The notes beneath the pieces were generated by a model. The model ran no database searches, was not told where the DNA came from, and was given only the letters and a program-made list of their open reading frames with translations. From the NCBI GenBank assembly GCA_964607655.1, contig CAZSKX010000003.1, positions 4,160 to 68,159 of the forward strand: a stretch of DNA of 64,000 nucleotides. Direction: 5' to 3'. Position numbers and translations under genes: made by a program. This document shows, piece by piece, positions 60,535-64,000 of the stretch (positions are counted from its first letter, which is position 1; each line of letters begins with the position of its first letter). This DNA is from an uncultured Candidatus Saccharibacteria bacterium (GTDB taxonomy: Bacteria > Patescibacteriota > Minisyncoccia > Phycocordibacterales > Phycocordibacteraceae).

Positions 60535-61962
60535 TCAAATATGCGCGCTCTGGTCGCGGGGGTCAAATATCGAAGGCGCAAGCTTCTCCCCTTTGAGGAT
60601 CGCGGCGATCCGCTGACTGCCATAGATTGAGGGAAGGATCCCTACTCCGTTACATCCGAGGTTGTAGAGCAGGCTCTCGTTGAGCGGTTCGACTCCCACG
60701 CGACGCACCCCGTTTGGGGTGTAGCCCATAAGTCCGTGCCAGCAGAACACATAGGACGGGTCTTCTTCCGGATACGTCGCGTAGTTGCTCTTCATGAAGT
60801 CATCAATCTTCTCTCGCATTGACTCGTCACAGGAATGCCCCCGTGAATACGTTGCCCCATTCGGCAACACCTTCTCTGGCCCGCCGGTACAAACAAGGTT
60901 GTACGAGCTCTGCCCTTCGTGCTCGTGTGGTCTACGTGTTAGGTAGAAGTAGGTTTCGCCGGTTGGATCGCCGTTGCGCTCGCGCGACGACGAGAAGTAA
61001 CTGATCGCGATCGGCGCACGATTAAGTGGCTCGAGGTAGCCTGACATGTAGCCGATCCTCCCCGCAACCGTATGGTGAAAGCTCGTGTCGATGTCCGGCC
61101 CGCTCGTGTTCTCGATGGTAAATCCCTCAAAGCCATTCGTCGCGAGGACGACGCGCGCTGCCCGCACCTTATGCTCCCGTATCTCGAGCATCGCTCCAGC
61201 AGCGTTAAGACTCACTGCACGCACAGGACTGCCCTCAAAAAAGCGAAACCGCTCTGGGTAGCGCACCGAGAGATAGCCGAGCAACTCTTCGGTAAAGAGA
61301 GCACTGTTGGTGCAACCTTTTTGATAGGCGAGCGCTGCGATGTACTCCGTATTGGTGGTCTCGAGTAAGTTGCGCAGGTCTGCCTCCGGTATAAGTTTGT
61401 AAAGGTCGCCGTATTCCTCGTTAATCGACCCGCGCTCAGTCCACTCTTCGGCGATAAGAACGCCTTCGGCCGGCAAGCCGCCCATAACACGATAGCGATT
61501 ATTCTGGAGATGCTGGTCTACCTGCGCAAGACTGGTGAGACCCGCGTAGCCCGTGAAGCGGTATACCGGCGTCTGTAGCGACGCTTCAGCGACAATCTCG
61601 TCGAGCAGCATCCACCCCGACTCAACCGCTTTCTGTCCATCAATAGCGAGTTCGAGACCAAACTCGTCGACGAGCTCGGTAAGCGGTCGTTCGAAGTAGC
61701 TCGTGATCTGCCCGGCGTTGTACCCTGTGGCGCCATGCGCAATCTTATCCGCCTCGATAAGCACGACTCGCTTGTCGGTATCGCGTAATGTAAAAAAGGC
61801 CGTCGTCACACCCGCGATCCCTCCCCCGACCACCACGACGTCGGTGTCGACATCTTCGGTAAGCGGCGTCACGGGACGAGTACGATTTAACTGCTTAATC
61901 CAAGGAGAATGGTTGGGGATCATGCCCTGCCATTTTACCGCATCCAGACTATGCACAGGCAT
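60535..61962 (-). CDS. FAD-dependent oxidoreductase (DAO family)
   Basis: N-terminal 'DVVVVGGGIAGVTTAF' dinucleotide-binding motif. Confidence 0.6.
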   Translation of the reverse strand: MPVHSLDAVKWQGMIPNHSPWIKQLNRTRPVTPLTEDVDTDVVVVGGGIAGVTTAFFTLRDTDKRVVLIEADKIAHGATGYNAGQITSYFERPLTELVDEFGLELAIDGQKAVESGWMLLDEIVAEASLQTPVYRFTGYAGLTSLAQVDQHLQNNRYRVMGGLPAEGVLIAEEWTERGSINEEYGDLYKLIPEADLRNLLETTNTEYIAALAYQKGCTNSALFTEELLGYLSVRYPERFRFFEGSPVRAVSLNAAGAMLEIREHKVRAARVVLATNGFEGFTIENTSGPDIDTSFHHTVAGRIGYMSGYLEPLNRAPIAISYFSSSRERNGDPTGETYFYLTRRPHEHEGQSSYNLVCTGGPEKVLPNGATYSRGHSCDESMREKIDDFMKSNYATYPEEDPSYVFCWHGLMGYTPNGVRRVGVEPLNESLLYNLGCNGVGILPSIYGSQRIAAILKGEKLAPSIFDPRDQSAHI

Positions 61963-62019
61963 CGAGCGATTTGAGAATTTCGGTGCAATTGCGTATAGTG
62001 TGCATACCCTTCGGGGAAT

Positions 62020-62104
62020 GCCCAGGTGGCGAAATTGGTAGACGTACTACCTTGAGGTGGTAGCGCCCGTTAAGGGCATGGAGGTTCGAGTCCTCTCCTG
62101 GGCA
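62020..62104 (+). tRNA. tRNA-Leu (GAG)
   Basis: GCCCAGG-TG-GCGAAATTGGTAGACGT-A-CTACC-TTGAGGT-GGTAG-[long variable arm CGCCCGTTAAGGGCAT]-GGAGGTTCGAGTCCTCT-CCTGGGC-A. Confidence 0.85.
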
Positions 62105-62107
62105 CCG

Positions 62108-62146
62108 CGCAAACAAAAAAGACCCAACGAATGTTGGGTCTTTTTT
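62108..62146. terminator. terminator hairpin after tRNA-Leu / before rplS stop (bidirectional)
   Basis: 'aaacaaaaaagacccaac gaat gttgggtcttttttgtttgg'. Confidence 0.7.
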
Positions 62147-62161
62147 GTTTGGAGTCGCTTT

Positions 62162-62650
62162 TTATGCAGCGACGACCTCCTCAGCCTTCTCCTCTACGGG
62201 CGTCTCCTCCGCCACGACTTCTGCCTCCTCCGTCGGGAGGGTCTCGTCGCTCTTCACATTCATCATGCGGGCGTTACGGAGCTGGCGACGCATCGCCTTG
62301 GCGGCCTTCTCGCGGATAAAGTAGAGCTTGGCACGGCGGACCTTCGAGCGCTTAACGATCTCGATCGAGTCGATCAAGGGAGAGTAGAGCGGGAAGATCT
62401 TTTCCACACCCACACCCGAGAGCGTAGCGCGCACCGTGAAAGTGCCGCCCGCCTCCTTGCCGTGCTTCACGGCGATCACAAGCCCTTCAAAGACCTGCTT
62501 ACGCGCATTCTTAATAGTCTTTTCCTTTTTATCAGCACCGCGGCCCTTCTTGAGCTCGATGATGTTCTGAGTGACACGCACCGTATCGCCCGGGCGAACA
62601 CCCAGTGCGGCGCGACCCTCAGCGTTAACAGGGGTAAGTACTTTCTGCAT
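62162..62650 (-). CDS. rplS: 50S ribosomal protein L19 (with acidic C-terminal extension)
   Basis: '[12 protein letters not shown]...[11 protein letters not shown]'. Confidence 0.9.
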   Translation of the reverse strand: MQKVLTPVNAEGRAALGVRPGDTVRVTQNIIELKKGRGADKKEKTIKNARKQVFEGLVIAVKHGKEAGGTFTVRATLSGVGVEKIFPLYSPLIDSIEIVKRSKVRRAKLYFIREKAAKAMRRQLRNARMMNVKSDETLPTEEAEVVAEETPVEEKAEEVVAA

Positions 62651-62674
62651 GATTGGCGCACTGTACCATGCTGC

Positions 62675-63379
62675 TTAGATCGAAGCAAATTCCCCGGCCG
62701 CGCCCGGGAAGCGGCTGAGGCCCTGCGTAAGGTCTCCTGCAAGGGGGGCTGTAATAGTGAGTCGATCTCCTCCGATTCGAGGCACGTCGATCATATAAGC
62801 ATGGAGCGCGAGGCGCGCGAGCCCCAGGGCCGGAGCGTGGTTCGGCGAATACAACGTATCCCCCACGATCGGGTGATGGATTGCCTTCAGGTGCACGCGT
62901 ATCTGGTGGGTACGACCTGTCTCTGGCATGACCTTAAGCAGCGCGTACGACTTCCCTTCCTCTTCGGCGACGCCAACGACCTCATAGCGAGTAAGCGCCT
63001 CACGCAAGCGACCCTTCGCTTTTGGTTGCGCACTCCTGAGGCGGAAATCGCTGCGCGATCTCCCAATATCAAAGTCAATCATGCCCTTCCTTGCCTTAGG
63101 TGCGCCGTGCACGACGGCGAGATAGATCTTCTGGACCTCTCGATCATGAAAAGCCTTACGCAGAAACTCATACGCCGTCTTGCTCTTCGCGAAGAGGAGC
63201 AGGCCGGACGTGTCACGATCGAGGCGATGCACGTAGCCCCCACCACTGTCCGGATACTTCTCGTTGAACCAATCTTCGGCAGTTGGCTCTTCCGTCCGCC
63301 CGTCGCTGTGTGTGATCAACCCCGCGGGCTTATTGATCGCCACAATGTCTGAATCCTCGTAGAGAATGGGGAGCTCCAT
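62675..63379 (-). CDS. RluA-family pseudouridine synthase
   Basis: 'HRLDRDTSGLLLFAKS' catalytic-Asp motif. Confidence 0.8.
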   Translation of the reverse strand: MELPILYEDSDIVAINKPAGLITHSDGRTEEPTAEDWFNEKYPDSGGGYVHRLDRDTSGLLLFAKSKTAYEFLRKAFHDREVQKIYLAVVHGAPKARKGMIDFDIGRSRSDFRLRSAQPKAKGRLREALTRYEVVGVAEEEGKSYALLKVMPETGRTHQIRVHLKAIHHPIVGDTLYSPNHAPALGLARLALHAYMIDVPRIGGDRLTITAPLAGDLTQGLSRFPGAAGEFASI

Positions 63380-63496
63380 ATTTCGACAATAACAGGTTTT
63401 TGTTTTGGGTCACACTAGTGGTCACCAATAATTTGCTCGTCGACACTCGCAAATTTTTGCGACCCCGCCTCGCGGTTTTGTCTGCTGACAAAACAT

Positions 63497-63550
63497 CGCT
63501 GCGGCCCGCACCAAACACAAAGACACTGCGCAGGCAGTGTCTTTGTGTTT
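63497..63550. terminator. long (21-bp stem) terminator hairpin downstream of tRNA-Val
   Basis: 'gcaccaaacacaaagacactg cgcagg cagtgtctttgtgtttggtgc'. Confidence 0.65.
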
Positions 63551-63552
63551 GG

Positions 63553-63625
63553 TGCGCCCTGAGGGACTTGAACCCCCGACCTTCTCAGTGTAAATGAGTT
63601 GCTCTACCAACTGAGCTAAGGGCGC
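63553..63625 (-). tRNA. tRNA-Val (UAC)
   Basis: Reverse complement: GCGCCCT-TA-GCTCAGTTGGTAGAGC-A-ACTCA-TTTACAC-TGAGA-AGGTC-GGGGGTTCAAGTCCCTC-AGGGCGC-A. Confidence 0.8.
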
Positions 63626-63665
63626 ATACCAAAACTCTACACCATTACTTGCTTTCGTCCATTGA

Positions 63666-63980
63666 TCATACATTAAAACTGCGATGTACGGCGCTTCGCC
63701 TTATCCGGAAAGCGTCTGAGGTATGCACTGGACTATACGATCCGTCGAACTCCCGTTTCGCGACGGTGACCGTGTAGGTTCCATCAGGCACTAGCGCATA
63801 GTACCGACCAAACTCGTCTGTTATCGTGCGTTTTACTTCTTCCCCGCTGAGTGCCTCGTGTATTGTTACGAGAGCATACGCAAACGGCTTCCCCGTGGCC
63901 GTCTCCACAATTTTTCCATATGGACGCGGCCCAAACCCTGCATAACGCAGGAACCCGATCACCGCAAAGGCGAGTAGCAC
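63666..63980 (-). CDS. hypothetical protein with carboxypeptidase-regulatory-like (CarbopepD_reg) beta-sandwich pattern; may extend beyond window
   Basis: 'GKIVETATGKPFAYALVTIHE...TDEFGRYYALVPDGTYTVTV'. Confidence 0.35.
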   Translation of the reverse strand: MLLAFAVIGFLRYAGFGPRPYGKIVETATGKPFAYALVTIHEALSGEEVKRTITDEFGRYYALVPDGTYTVTVAKREFDGSYSPVHTSDAFRIRRSAVHRSFNV

Positions 63981-64000
63981 GCCAATGCTCTGCCATGCAG

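Overview
This 64-kb window is about 60% GC and looks like a small-genome bacterium that uses few Shine-Dalgarno sequences; my inference is a CPR/Patescibacteria-like lineage. Almost all genes lie on the minus strand.

Contents, start to end:
- A 16S rRNA gene (about 218-1680, minus) with no 23S downstream.
- A housekeeping block: AAK-family (UMP-kinase-like) kinase, secF, secD, folD.
- An envelope-glycan block: WbaP-like sugar transferase, GT1 glycosyltransferase, FtsW/RodA.
- Two atypical tRNA-like genes, a strong bidirectional terminator, then 5S and a 23S rRNA gene of about 3.65 kb. The 23S carries at least two intervening sequences at positions where group I introns classically insert. The rRNA genes are therefore unlinked (23S-5S ... 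9 kb ... 16S).
- rplL-rplJ, then a Wzy/O-antigen-ligase-like protein with TPR repeats, and a 645-aa secreted protein with peptidoglycan-binding domains (S-layer-like).
- ftsK, recA, an ECF sigma factor, efp, a roughly 240-nt structured non-coding region, and rpsR-ssb-rpsF.
- tatD, metG, an AI-2E transporter, a glycyl-tRNA synthetase (no gene symbol assigned), recO, ileS (with an inserted histidine-phosphatase domain), and argS.
- A roughly 4-kb AT-rich accessory island: a zeta-toxin-like kinase, a hypothetical protein, a DUF262(DGQQR)+HNH nuclease, an EcoRI-family N6-adenine methyltransferase, and a SAM methyltransferase.
- A thymidylate-cycle cluster (glyA, tmk | thyA, dcd, folA), then rplK-nusG-secE.
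- A SIMPL-domain protein, tRNA-His followed by an orphan tRNA 3' fragment and a free-standing HNH endonuclease, and a PduO-type cobalamin adenosyltransferase.
- A DnaA homolog with degenerate Walker A/B motifs, a CofE-like ligase, an FAD oxidoreductase, tRNA-Leu, rplS, an RluA-family pseudouridine synthase, and tRNA-Val.

Many perfect GC-rich hairpins with T-runs are present as rho-independent terminators. No CRISPR array and no IS/transposase was seen.

The most interesting candidates are the MTase + DUF262-HNH + zeta-kinase accessory island, the IleRS with an embedded His-phosphatase domain, the catalytically degenerate DnaA paralog, and the rRNA/tRNA intervening sequences.

All calls are from reading the sequence and ORF translations by eye; no database search was run.
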